From contig CAZRVK010000004.1 in the NCBI GenBank assembly GCA_964603585.1, forward strand, positions 128,438 through 192,437: 64,000 bases of DNA, in the 5' to 3' direction. The notes under the pieces were generated by a model that searched no databases, had not been told where the DNA came from, and saw only the letters and a program-made list of their open reading frames with translations. Both the position numbers and the translations under genes were made by a program. The stretch comes from an uncultured Planctomycetales bacterium. Lineage in GTDB: Bacteria; Omnitrophota; Gorgyraeia; Gygaellales; Profunditerraquicolaceae. Below, piece after piece: positions 51,164 to 60,819 of this stretch; position 1 is the first letter of the stretch; each line of letters begins with the position of its first letter.

Positions 51164-52180
51164 ATGATCGTAGTATTAAAACCCGGAGCTAAAGACGCAG
51201 AGATAGATCATCTGCTTAAAAAAGTCAGGGATCTCGGTCTTACACCTCACGTATCTAAAGGGACAGAGCGCACAATTATCGGGTTGATCGGGCCCGAAGA
51301 TGTTTTAGTGGCAACACCGCTTGAGGCATTCCCGGGGGTAGAAAAGGTAATGCCGGTTTTGGCCCCATTCCGGCTGGTCTCCCGCGAATTCCAGCCGGAA
51401 AATTCAATGATCAATTTAGGTAGAGGTATAAGGATCGGGGATAAATCGATCGTGCTCATGGCTGGCCCTTGCGCAATAGAAACTTTTGATAACCTTTTTG
51501 AGATTGCAAAAGAGGTAAAGAAGGCAGGAGCCCAGGTTTTAAGAGGCGGGGCGTTTAAACCTAGGACTTCCCCCTACAGTTTTCAGGGGTTAGGCGAAGA
51601 AGGCCTGAAATATTTGAAGAAGGCAGGGAATGAACTTGACCTGTTAACGATAACCGAAGTAATGGATCCCCGTGATGTTGGCTTGGTAGCGGAATATGTA
51701 GATATTTTACAGATCGGTGCCAGGAATATGCAGAATTTCAATTTATTAAAAGAGGTAGGATTGACGAAGAAACCGGTGCTTTTAAAGCGCGGCTTGGCGT
51801 CAACAGTCAAGGATATGCTCATGTCGGCGGAATATATCCTTTCCGGAGGGAATTTTAACCTCGCACTTTGCGAAAGAGGGATCAGGACATTCGAAGACGC
51901 TACACGCAACACCTTAGATATAAGCGCCATCCCTGTAACAAAACAGCTTTCGCACCTGCCAATCGTAGTTGATCCCAGCCATGCGGCAGGGAAGTGGGGA
52001 TTAGTCCCTGCCCTTGCAAAGGCCGCAGTTGCCGCAGGATGCGACGGATTGATCATCGAAGTGCATAATCATCCGGAAGATGCCCGCTCTGACGGAGCTC
52101 AATCGCTAACCCCGAATAATTTCGCAAATTTGATCAATGAATTAAAAGCAGTTGCAAATGCCGTAGGCAGAAAGATTTGA
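51164..52180 (+). CDS. aroF: 3-deoxy-7-phosphoheptulonate (DAHP) synthase, type I-beta with N-terminal regulatory domain
   Basis: GGAGGT RBS 6 nt before ATG 51164. An N-terminal 70-aa regulatory-like domain, then a KDO8P/DAHP synthase barrel ([22 protein letters not shown]). Confidence 0.85.
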   Translation: MIVVLKPGAKDAEIDHLLKKVRDLGLTPHVSKGTERTIIGLIGPEDVLVATPLEAFPGVEKVMPVLAPFRLVSREFQPENSMINLGRGIRIGDKSIVLMAGPCAIETFDNLFEIAKEVKKAGAQVLRGGAFKPRTSPYSFQGLGEEGLKYLKKAGNELDLLTITEVMDPRDVGLVAEYVDILQIGARNMQNFNLLKEVGLTKKPVLLKRGLASTVKDMLMSAEYILSGGNFNLALCERGIRTFEDATRNTLDISAIPVTKQLSHLPIVVDPSHAAGKWGLVPALAKAAVAAGCDGLIIEVHNHPEDARSDGAQSLTPNNFANLINELKAVANAVGRKI

Positions 52181-52183
52181 TCT

Positions 52184-53017
52184 ATGAAAAAAACTTTTGG
52201 AAATGTTGCAATAATCGGAGTAGGGTTGATCGGAGGATCTTTAGGCCTGGCATTAAAGAATAGGCGCCTGGCCAATAAGGTTATCGGCGTCAGCCGGCAC
52301 CAAAAATCGATCCGGATAGCAAAAGATAGAGGAGCAATCGATATAGGTTCATGTAACCTCAAGATCCTAAAAGATGCGGACCTGGTGATTTTTGCCTGTC
52401 CGGTAAAAACCATCCTGGAATTAGCGCCAATGGTTTTTCGAATGATCAGGAATGATTGCATTGTCTCTGATGTCGGCAGTACAAAGGCCGGGATCGTACA
52501 CGGGCTCGAAGCCATATTCCCCGGTTATATCGGTGCGCATCCTTTAGCCGGTTCACAGAAACACGGCGTTACCTTTGCCCAGGCTGATTTATTCTTGAAT
52601 TCACTGGTGCTTTTGACCCCGACAAAACACACAAACCAAAGGGCTTATTTACGGATAAAAGCACTTTGGCAGGCAGTAGGCGCAAAGATTGCCGAGATCT
52701 CACCCGAAAAACACGATGTAATCCTGTCATTAGTCAGCCACCTGCCGCACGTAGTTGCATTCTCGTTGATTAACAGCATCCCCCGGAAATATTTAAGCTT
52801 TGCCTCAACCGGATTAAAAGACACCAGCCGTATCGCCGAATCCGGCTCCCAGCTTTGGAGCGATATATTCCTAAGCAATCAGAAGAATATGCTAAAGGCA
52901 ATAAATGTCTTTGAAAATGAATTGTCGAGAATAAAATCCGCAGTCGCTGCAAATAATAAGCCCAGGTTGATCAAAATACTCCAAAATGCCCAAAAAATGA
53001 GGTCGTATTTAAGATGA
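52184..53017 (+). CDS. tyrA: Prephenate dehydrogenase
   Basis: VAIIGVGLIGGSLGLAL Rossmann motif. TyrA family. Confidence 0.85.
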   Translation: MKKTFGNVAIIGVGLIGGSLGLALKNRRLANKVIGVSRHQKSIRIAKDRGAIDIGSCNLKILKDADLVIFACPVKTILELAPMVFRMIRNDCIVSDVGSTKAGIVHGLEAIFPGYIGAHPLAGSQKHGVTFAQADLFLNSLVLLTPTKHTNQRAYLRIKALWQAVGAKIAEISPEKHDVILSLVSHLPHVVAFSLINSIPRKYLSFASTGLKDTSRIAESGSQLWSDIFLSNQKNMLKAINVFENELSRIKSAVAANNKPRLIKILQNAQKMRSYLR

Positions 53018-53670
53018 TCATTGCCATTGACGGACCGGCAGGCGCCGGAAAAAGCACTATCGCAAAGCTTTTAGCCAAAAAACTGGGGTTCCTGTATATC
53101 GATACCGGGGCAATGTACCGCGCCTTGACCTTAAAAACCATAGAGCATAATATCCCTGCCACTAATGAAGAAGCTGTCATAAGCATGGCCAAGGATACTT
53201 CACTTGAACTCACTAACGAACTAAACGGAACAATTAAAGTTTTTTTGGACGGGATCGATGTTTCAGCGGCGATCCGTGAGATGCGCATCACAAAACTGGT
53301 TTCGGATATTTCCCGGATACCGGGAGTTAGAGATATCCTTGTACAGTTGCAAAGGAAAATGGGAAGACAAAAAAACAGTATTTTAGACGGCAGGGATATC
53401 GCAACCGTTGTATTTCCTGATGCGGATAAGAAATTTTACCTTGATGCCGCCCCTGGAGAACGGGCAAGACGCCGGCATAAAGAATTACAGGAAATGGGGA
53501 AAAATGTGACTTTAGATGATGTGCAAAACGACCTTATTAACCGGGATACTATCGATTCAACCCGAAAAGTTGCCCCCTTAAAAAAAGCTGATGACGCAGT
53601 TTATATCGATACAACCAATATGAGCATCGATGAGGTAGTAGATACGCTTTTAAAAGCAATAAAATCCTGA
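53014..53670 (+). CDS. cmk: Cytidylate kinase
   Basis: IIAIDGPAGAGKSTIAK...IDTGAMYRA. Confidence 0.9.
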   Translation: MIIAIDGPAGAGKSTIAKLLAKKLGFLYIDTGAMYRALTLKTIEHNIPATNEEAVISMAKDTSLELTNELNGTIKVFLDGIDVSAAIREMRITKLVSDISRIPGVRDILVQLQRKMGRQKNSILDGRDIATVVFPDADKKFYLDAAPGERARRRHKELQEMGKNVTLDDVQNDLINRDTIDSTRKVAPLKKADDAVYIDTTNMSIDEVVDTLLKAIKS

Positions 53671-55466
53671 TGGATAAAGAATTCATTCGTAATTTCAGTA
53701 TCATCGCCCATATCGACCATGGTAAATCCACATTAGCCGACCGGATATTGGAACTAACCGGAACGGTGGAGCGTTCCCATAAAGGAGCACAGCTTCTGGA
53801 CGATATGGAGCTGGAAAAGGAACGCGGAATAACCATCAAAGCTTCCATGGTCAGGTTAAATTACCATTCCACTGTTGATGGACATGATTATGTCTTGAAC
53901 TTGATCGATACTCCCGGGCATGTTGATTTTACCTATGAGGTATCCAAATCACTGGCGGCCTGCGAAGGTGCGGTTTTGGTAGTCGATGCCGGCCAGGGTA
54001 TCGAAGCACAAACAGTGGCTAATTATTATTTAGCGATCGATAATAATTTAGAGATAATCCCGGTAATTAACAAGATCGATTTGATCTCCGCAGATGTTGA
54101 ACGCGTAAAGTCCCAGGTCACTAATGTGCTTGGATTTAAGCCTGAAGATATACTTTTGACTTCGGCAAAAGAAGGCAAAGGGATAGCGGATATCCTGGAA
54201 AGGATAATCCAGGTAGTACCTCCTCCGGAAGGAGAATCGGAAGCATTATTGAAAGCACTGGTATTCGACTGCCGTTTTGACACCTACAAAGGGGTTGTTG
54301 TTTTTGTAAAGATAGTAGAAGGAAAGATAACCGCACAAACGCAGCTTAAAATGATGCATTCCCAGGCAACCTATAAAATCGAGGAATTGGGGACTTTTAA
54401 CCTTAAATATAACCCGATCGACAGTTTATCCTGCGGGGAGGTCGGATACTTTACCGCCAATATCCGCGACCCCAGGGAGATCATTATCGGAGATACCATT
54501 ACCGATGCCAAAAATCCCTGTAGTACGCCGCTTCCCGGCTATCGCACCTTAAAACCATTGGTATATTGCGGGGTTTATCCGGTGAATCCAGGGGACTTTC
54601 CGGAGTTACGGGATGCAATGGACAAGTTAAAGCTTTCCGACGCTTCTTTCGTATTTGAACCGGAAAATTCCCAGTCATTCGGTTCAGGTTTCCGCTGCGG
54701 GTTCCTTGGCTTACTGCATATGGAGATCGTGCAGGAACGACTGGAAAGAGAGTATAACCTGAATTTGATCCTTACTGTGCCGAACGTGGTTTACCGGGTA
54801 CGTAAAAAAGACGGCCAGATGGCAGAGGTAGACACTCCCTCGAATTTCCCTCCGGTCCAGGATATTCAAGAAGCAGAGGAACCTTACGCCGCACTTTTAA
54901 TGATCATTCCCGTGGATAGTATCGAAGCAGTATGCGATTTCGCAAAGAGCCGGCGGGGGGTATTTAAATCAAACGAATATCTGGGAGATGACCGCGTAAA
55001 GATAAATTTCAGCATCCCCCTTTCAGAGATCATTGTGGATTTCTATGACCGGATAAAATCCCTGACCCGGGGATACGGCTCTTTGGATTACGAGTTTAAA
55101 GAGTATTTGCCGACAAAACTGGTAAAACTGGATATCCTGATAAACGGGATAATCTGCGATGCCTTTTCCTGCCTTATGTTCAAAGACAAAGCCTTTTCAA
55201 AAGCCCATGCCCTGGTGGGGAAACTCAAAGATCTAATCCCCAGACAATTATTCGAAGTAACAATCCAAGCCGTGATCGGAAGCCAGATTTTAGCTTCCGA
55301 AAAAGTACGTTCCGTAGGAAAACATGTTACAGCCAAATGTTACGGAGGCGATATTACCCGAAAGCGTAAACTTTGGGAAAGCCAAAAACAAGGCAAGAAA
55401 CGTTTAAAAAATTTTGGAAAAGTCGAAATCCCACAAGAGGCATTTCTGGAGGTATTAAAAATATGA
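53670..55466 (+). CDS. lepA: Elongation factor 4 (LepA)
   Basis: IRNFSIIAHIDHGKSTLADR, DTPGHVDF, NKIDL, and the LepA-specific C-terminal domain. Confidence 0.95.
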   Translation: MDKEFIRNFSIIAHIDHGKSTLADRILELTGTVERSHKGAQLLDDMELEKERGITIKASMVRLNYHSTVDGHDYVLNLIDTPGHVDFTYEVSKSLAACEGAVLVVDAGQGIEAQTVANYYLAIDNNLEIIPVINKIDLISADVERVKSQVTNVLGFKPEDILLTSAKEGKGIADILERIIQVVPPPEGESEALLKALVFDCRFDTYKGVVVFVKIVEGKITAQTQLKMMHSQATYKIEELGTFNLKYNPIDSLSCGEVGYFTANIRDPREIIIGDTITDAKNPCSTPLPGYRTLKPLVYCGVYPVNPGDFPELRDAMDKLKLSDASFVFEPENSQSFGSGFRCGFLGLLHMEIVQERLEREYNLNLILTVPNVVYRVRKKDGQMAEVDTPSNFPPVQDIQEAEEPYAALLMIIPVDSIEAVCDFAKSRRGVFKSNEYLGDDRVKINFSIPLSEIIVDFYDRIKSLTRGYGSLDYEFKEYLPTKLVKLDILINGIICDAFSCLMFKDKAFSKAHALVGKLKDLIPRQLFEVTIQAVIGSQILASEKVRSVGKHVTAKCYGGDITRKRKLWESQKQGKKRLKNFGKVEIPQEAFLEVLKI

Positions 55467-56062
55467 GTGAAACTACCCAGCCACAATGCTGTAAAAAAAG
55501 AAAACCTGTGCTTCAGGAGTGGGCCGAATCCTTGATCATTGCATTTATTCTGGCAATGATCATTAGATTATTTATTATCGAACCTTTCAAGATCCCTACC
55601 GGCTCTATGCGTACAACACTTTTAGAAGGGGATATTATCCTAGTCAATAAGTTCATTTATGGTGCGAAAATACCATTTACAAAATTACGCCTTCCTGCAC
55701 TGCGTCAGCCGAAAAGAGGGGATGTCGTGGTCTTTATTTATCCTGAAGACCCAAAAAAGAACTTTATAAAAAGACTGGTAGCCGCAGGCGGTGAAACAGT
55801 AGAAATAAAAAACGGTTCGATTTATATAAACGGCGCCGCGGTAAAAGACCCCCAATTCAACCAACGCTATTATTATAACCGCGGGGATTATGGCAGGGAG
55901 GAACAAAAGATCATAGTCCCTGAAGACAGTTATTTTGTCTTAGGGGATAATTCGGCTTCCAGCCAGGACAGCCGGTATTGGGGGTTTGTACCTAAGGATA
56001 ATTTGCTCGGAGAGGCAATACTTATATATTGGCCTCCTAAACGCTTAAGAGCCATCCATTAA
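55463..56062 (+). CDS. lepB: Signal peptidase I
   Basis: IPTGSMRTTL (Ser box), KRLVA..GE, and GDNSASSQDSRYWGFVP. Confidence 0.85.
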   Translation: MSETTQPQCCKKRKPVLQEWAESLIIAFILAMIIRLFIIEPFKIPTGSMRTTLLEGDIILVNKFIYGAKIPFTKLRLPALRQPKRGDVVVFIYPEDPKKNFIKRLVAAGGETVEIKNGSIYINGAAVKDPQFNQRYYYNRGDYGREEQKIIVPEDSYFVLGDNSASSQDSRYWGFVPKDNLLGEAILIYWPPKRLRAIH

Positions 56063-56066
56063 AACT

Positions 56067-56639
56067 ATGAACTTTGCTAATAAGATCTCGACCTTTCGCA
56101 TCCTTACAGTTCCATTTTTCGTTTCCTGTCTGATCTATTATCAATATCCGCAAAAAGATTATTTGCGGTTTATCGCATTGGGAATTTTCATTTTAGGGGT
56201 GATCTCCGATGCCGTAGACGGCTATATAGCTCGTAAATCCAAACAGATCTCCAAAGCGGGGATGGTATTAGATCCCTTAGGGGATAAATTACTTTTAATG
56301 AGCGCCTTCATATGCCTGGCCACGATCACTGATTTCCCCCACCAGATCAAATTCCCGCTTTGGGCAATGTTGATCGTAATAAGCCGGGACATCATTATTT
56401 TGATAGGTGCAATGGTAATTTATATCGTAAAACAACAGATCAGTATATTCCCCACCAAATGGGGAAAGCTTACGACCACATTCCAGATGTTTTCGGTGAT
56501 CTCGGTTTTATTGCAATTTGAGTATTCATATCTAATCTGGTCGATTGCCATATTCTTTACTGTGGTATCTGGGATAGACTATATAAAACGGGGGTTTAAA
56601 TCACTTTATGCTTTGGATAATTTGCGGCATCATAGTTAG
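56067..56639 (+). CDS. CDP-alcohol phosphatidyltransferase (PgsA-like)
   Basis: DAVDGYIARKS...GMVLDPLGDKLL matches the D-G-x2-A-R...G-x3-D-x3-D motif. Confidence 0.75.
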   Translation: MNFANKISTFRILTVPFFVSCLIYYQYPQKDYLRFIALGIFILGVISDAVDGYIARKSKQISKAGMVLDPLGDKLLLMSAFICLATITDFPHQIKFPLWAMLIVISRDIIILIGAMVIYIVKQQISIFPTKWGKLTTTFQMFSVISVLLQFEYSYLIWSIAIFFTVVSGIDYIKRGFKSLYALDNLRHHS

Positions 56640-57249
56640 TTATCTTATCGGCTCGCTCCCAACCGCTTATATTTACGGCAGATTAGTAAAAGGGATAGAT
56701 ATCCGTAAACACGGTTCAGGCAATATCGGTGCTACCAACGCATTAAGGGTTTTTGGTAAAAAAGCTGGGGGATTCGTCCTTTTTATCGATATTATGAAAG
56801 GTGCAATCCCGGTAATTTTAATCGGTAATTCCCTGGTATTTAATAATCCAGCGGTTCCCTCTGACTTAACGCGCATCTTACTCGGGATGAGCGCGATTTT
56901 TGGGCATAACTGGACGATCTTCCTTGGCTTTAAAGGAGGCAAGGGAGTTGCGACAAGCTTAGGGGTTTTGATCGCCATGGCATACTCGATCCAGGAATTC
57001 GCCATTGCTCTCGGGATTGTCATAATTGTCTGGTTCCTTGTTTTCTTCATTTACCGTGTTGTATCACTGGCGTCCATCATCTCTGGAGCAGTTTTTCCTG
57101 TGGTCATTATATGCTCGAAAAGTTCATTAACCCTGATAATCTTTAGCATAGTAATAGCACTGTTTTTGATCATTAGGCACTTGCCAAATATAAAGCGCCT
57201 CCTACAAGGCAAGGAGCCAAAACTCAAATTCAAGAAAACCTCGTATTAA
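56608..57249 (+). CDS. plsY: Glycerol-3-phosphate acyltransferase PlsY
   Basis: SYLIGSLPTAYIYGRL, HGSGNIGATNALR, and GGKGVATSLGV. Confidence 0.85.
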   Translation: MLWIICGIIVSYLIGSLPTAYIYGRLVKGIDIRKHGSGNIGATNALRVFGKKAGGFVLFIDIMKGAIPVILIGNSLVFNNPAVPSDLTRILLGMSAIFGHNWTIFLGFKGGKGVATSLGVLIAMAYSIQEFAIALGIVIIVWFLVFFIYRVVSLASIISGAVFPVVIICSKSSLTLIIFSIVIALFLIIRHLPNIKRLLQGKEPKLKFKKTSY

Positions 57250-57318
57250 ACCAATCTCTATTCAGTAATCCCTTAAATTAGCCCAAATTGTAAGCGTTTT
57301 CATAACTTCTTTGTTTTC

Positions 57319-57348
57319 TTGGTAATACGATAAATAAGATGCTATACT
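57319..57348 (+). promoter_or_regulatory. Candidate promoter: TTGGTA, 18-nt spacer, TATACT
   Basis: TTGGTA at 57319-57324, TATACT at 57343-57348. A ~160-nt leader follows before ATG 57512. Confidence 0.3.
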
Positions 57349-57511
57349 TTGTCTGTAAAATGTGTTTAAAATCTATTCTTTAGATCTTTCAAAAAGTTTT
57401 TAAGATTGAATCCCCGCCAGCCACGAAATTGACGTAGGGGATGGCCGGATTGCATGATCAGTTAAATCACTCTTGGCGATCCGGCTTGTTCTTAATATAA
57501 AGGAAAATAAA

Positions 57512-57859
57512 ATGCGCGACCTGGTTTTTAAGAATCTAATATCGAATCAGAAAAAAAGAGGGATAATCTCCAGTTCCGAGGTTGTCGAAAAACAAGGGAT
57601 ACGGAGCATTATCCGCCGGCATTTTATTTATATGCTTAAGGAGATAAACGAAAAATCACTAAAAGAACGTCCTCCATACCTATATGTCTTGAAAGAAAAA
57701 AACACTAAAGAGCAAAGGGAGAAATTCTTCTGCCGCCTGAAGGGAAGCGTGTATATAATCAATCAAGGCAAGCCATTTCTTATCTTGTTCATGCACTCCC
57801 TTAAAATAATCTTTAATGTGATCCCGCAAAAAGATCTGCTTGCTTCAAGCGGTGAATAG
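57512..57859 (+). CDS. Small basic hypothetical protein (possible nucleic-acid-binding)
   Basis: AAGGAAA RBS before ATG 57512. 115 aa, Lys/Arg-rich, no recognisable motif. Confidence 0.45.
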   Translation: MRDLVFKNLISNQKKRGIISSSEVVEKQGIRSIIRRHFIYMLKEINEKSLKERPPYLYVLKEKNTKEQREKFFCRLKGSVYIINQGKPFLILFMHSLKIIFNVIPQKDLLASSGE

Positions 57860-57938
57860 CCTTCCGGAAGTCGGCTGTGTATTCTCCTAACCGCCTTTAT
57901 TCCCATAATATTAGACCTTAGAGGAAATAAGATTTTTA

Positions 57939-57966
57939 TTGACTTGGAGGCAAAATGCGTTATACT
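57939..57966 (+). promoter_or_regulatory. Sigma-70-type promoter: TTGACT, 16-nt spacer, TATACT, internal to the small ORF tail and driving the large outer-membrane protein gene
   Basis: TTGACT at 57939-57944, TATACT at 57961-57966. ATG 57980 lies ~7 nt from the predicted transcription start site, so a short or leaderless 5' UTR. Confidence 0.5.
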
Positions 57967-57979
57967 GAAGAAAATCGTC

Positions 57980-60763
57980 ATGCGAAAACCTATTTCCCTA
58001 CTAATCCTAACTGCTTTCCTGACCGTCGTTCTGCTTTACCCGGCGGGATATCTGTTTGCACAAGGTATGGCAGTCGATTATCTTTGCGAGATCGGCGCAA
58101 CCTACTACCGCATGGGGCAATTCGACAATGCCCTTAATGAATTCCAGAAAGTCCTGCTGATCGAACCAAACAATCAAACTGCAAAAGATTATATTTCAAA
58201 TATCTTTTCAACTAATAATATTTCTACACCGATAATCCCCAGCCAAGAACAATCGCCACAAGATGTCACCGGTCACCCCCATGCGCAAGTTAATCGTGTG
58301 CCTGAAGGACAAATGCAATTAAGCCGCAGCCAGGCAATGAACGATGCCTTAGAAACAGTGGTACCTAAAGAACGGAAAAATGACCCAGAAAAAGAGGAAG
58401 AAAAAAAGGGTTTAGAAGTCGCCGGGATAAAAATAAGCGGCGAGGCTCAATTACGATTAGGTATTACATCAAAGGATATTTACTGGAAACGGGCTAATTG
58501 GGACTTAAACGAAAAAAATTACCGTATATTATCTACCACCGCTTTGGATCAAAGGGAAAACACCTATGACCCCCGGATCTATGACCGCTTGAAATTGATG
58601 CTGGATACCGAGGATAAAGAAGGCCTGGTATTCCATAGTAATTTGACCATTGACCCCTGGAGTTTTACCGGCAGAAGCGACAAGGTCAACCTTATCGGCG
58701 CAGGAGGGGACGCCGCGCAGATCGAACTGAAATACTGGGGTAATACCGGTTATACGATTAATGAAAGTGTAACTACTTTAAGAAACGGAGATTCATTCAA
58801 TTTGCCGGAAATGAAGATCTACGGGAATAAAACTTCTCCGGTAACCATTCAATCGGGATACAATAATCTGTTTTCTTTGCCGGAAATAAAGATCGATTAT
58901 AAATTTCAGCCGGTAAGAGAGTTCTGGTTCGATTATATCCAGGATGAAACCATTAAATTGCGCGTTTATCCAACCGCTTATGAAAACCAGGCAAAGACTT
59001 TTAATGACCCTTTAAGGTTATCAAATAACCGTATCTGGTGGGAAGACAGCCCATGGATCCGCGGATGGACCCATGGAAATCAAAATTCAGGAACTACTCC
59101 TGTTGATTATAATAAGGGATACTGGGATAACTCACTATCTTTTTTCACTCGTGACAGTGAAGGACAGCGCCTAACCAGTTTACGCGGGATCTCATTTGAT
59201 TTTAATCCCCAGGATACAACATCGATCTCTACCAGTGTCGCTACTCCGCAGACTTTATGGCAGGATTATTCCGATATCGATAATTTCCTTTCTGCAACCC
59301 GTATAATTCAAACTTTTTCCGAAGACTTTAAGGCTGGAGCTACCGCAACTACCAGGGCGGGATATAACCTGGATAACAAACACAAGCTTGACGCCTGGAA
59401 TTATGTCTTTGCTACCGATATCGCATACCATTTCCTGAATGGCATAAAAACTACCGCTGAATTTGCCCATTCAGAATCGGATTATGATATCTCGAACTCT
59501 ACTTTCAGGAATAGTAAAGGCGGAAATGCCTATCATCTATCTTTATTCGGCCGTTTTCCATTTGAAAGCATCGCTGATATCGATAATTACGATATTTTGC
59601 AGCCGGAAAAAGACGAATCTTCTTTCACTAAATTCCGGCTGTTTGCCGTCAGAATGGATAAATCATTCGATGAACCGCTTTCTTCATATGTCGAAACCCG
59701 GGATGATGAATGGTGGGGCAGGCATCTGCACTTCCGCAAACCATTCAAATATTCCTACCAAGGAGAAGGCCAGCTTTTGACATTTGATGACATAAAGAAT
59801 TATAAGATCGGTAACGGTGTTTATCCGGGAAGAAATTCCCTGGGATTACGCGTAGAATCATTGTTCCTTGATCGAAGAATCGAGAACCTTTTTGATGTTC
59901 GTAATGTCCATGCGACAAATGGCAAGTTTATTGAAAATGTATCCCGGGAAGAGCTAACCTGGAAAATAAATGATAAACTGACATCTAAAGTCTTAGGTAT
60001 ATTCCACCAGCTTCCGCAAACACAAGGCGGCATTGACCCGTATATTTTCAATACACAAACCGGGGAATTCTTCCTTAATGACTATATTGATGATAATAAA
60101 AGCGCTTCTGTTGCTACCGGCTCCTTAGGACTGAATTATGATTTCTTTAAATGGTTAAGCTTAAGCGGAACATGGGAATACACCAACGATATCTCGTTAG
60201 GATATGATAATTTCCCCCGGGGTATCTTAAACAGCGGAAATCAATCATTATTACACTATGAAAACGACCAGGCTTACCGAAGTGTCCGCAATTGGCTGTA
60301 TGACCAGCAGCTTTTCCCAAAACCTCCGTATCCATACTATAATGTTTTTAAGAGCGGCTTAAGCATAAGACCTATGGAAACCCTGGAATTTTATATTGAT
60401 TATACCCGCAACCCGTATGAAAAAGCCGGGCAGGTTGATGATAATATGAACCATATCGGCTTTGAAGTAAATTATTCACCGATCAAAAAGATATCTCTAT
60501 TTTTCCGCTATAACTACTCTCGCTGGCAGGACCTGGATAAATTAGTTCAGGGGATCACCAAACTGTACGGGCACCATAATTTCTTTACTGAATTCATTTA
60601 CCGTAAATCAGCGGATGAGGATTTTGCCTTGCAGTATGGCGAATCCAGCCGGGATCCTTATAACGGCGGGGTCTTAGACATAGGCTGGGACCCGTATGGA
60701 GGAAGCACCCGGACCATCGATACCCAGCACATTGTCCGTGCTTATTACCGAAGAAAATTCTAA
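57980..60763 (+). CDS. Large outer-membrane protein: signal peptide, TPR-like segment, Pro/Gln linker, large beta-barrel (BcsC/PgaA-like architecture candidate)
   Basis: MRKPISLLILTAFLTVVLLYPAGYLFAQG signal. YYRMGQFDNALNEFQKVLLIEPNN is a TPR-like helix pair. Aromatic-rich alternating segments. Terminal ...YYRRKF (C-terminal Phe). Confidence 0.7.
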   Translation: MRKPISLLILTAFLTVVLLYPAGYLFAQGMAVDYLCEIGATYYRMGQFDNALNEFQKVLLIEPNNQTAKDYISNIFSTNNISTPIIPSQEQSPQDVTGHPHAQVNRVPEGQMQLSRSQAMNDALETVVPKERKNDPEKEEEKKGLEVAGIKISGEAQLRLGITSKDIYWKRANWDLNEKNYRILSTTALDQRENTYDPRIYDRLKLMLDTEDKEGLVFHSNLTIDPWSFTGRSDKVNLIGAGGDAAQIELKYWGNTGYTINESVTTLRNGDSFNLPEMKIYGNKTSPVTIQSGYNNLFSLPEIKIDYKFQPVREFWFDYIQDETIKLRVYPTAYENQAKTFNDPLRLSNNRIWWEDSPWIRGWTHGNQNSGTTPVDYNKGYWDNSLSFFTRDSEGQRLTSLRGISFDFNPQDTTSISTSVATPQTLWQDYSDIDNFLSATRIIQTFSEDFKAGATATTRAGYNLDNKHKLDAWNYVFATDIAYHFLNGIKTTAEFAHSESDYDISNSTFRNSKGGNAYHLSLFGRFPFESIADIDNYDILQPEKDESSFTKFRLFAVRMDKSFDEPLSSYVETRDDEWWGRHLHFRKPFKYSYQGEGQLLTFDDIKNYKIGNGVYPGRNSLGLRVESLFLDRRIENLFDVRNVHATNGKFIENVSREELTWKINDKLTSKVLGIFHQLPQTQGGIDPYIFNTQTGEFFLNDYIDDNKSASVATGSLGLNYDFFKWLSLSGTWEYTNDISLGYDNFPRGILNSGNQSLLHYENDQAYRSVRNWLYDQQLFPKPPYPYYNVFKSGLSIRPMETLEFYIDYTRNPYEKAGQVDDNMNHIGFEVNYSPIKKISLFFRYNYSRWQDLDKLVQGITKLYGHHNFFTEFIYRKSADEDFALQYGESSRDPYNGGVLDIGWDPYGGSTRTIDTQHIVRAYYRRKF

Positions 60764-60819
60764 AACCTACCACAAACAACCCTTCGAATCCACACTTACA
60801 GGCTAAAGGCTTACAGGTT

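Noticed and set aside
57944-57979. Earlier start codon (57944) for the large outer-membrane protein
   Set aside because: The TTGACT-16-TATACT promoter lies inside this stretch. The signal peptide begins at the ATG at 57980.
60764-60819. Bidirectional terminator between the convergent outer-membrane protein and GH94-like genes
   Set aside because: Only a direct repeat (CTTACAGG twice) was found, with no convincing inverted repeat, so no terminator is called.
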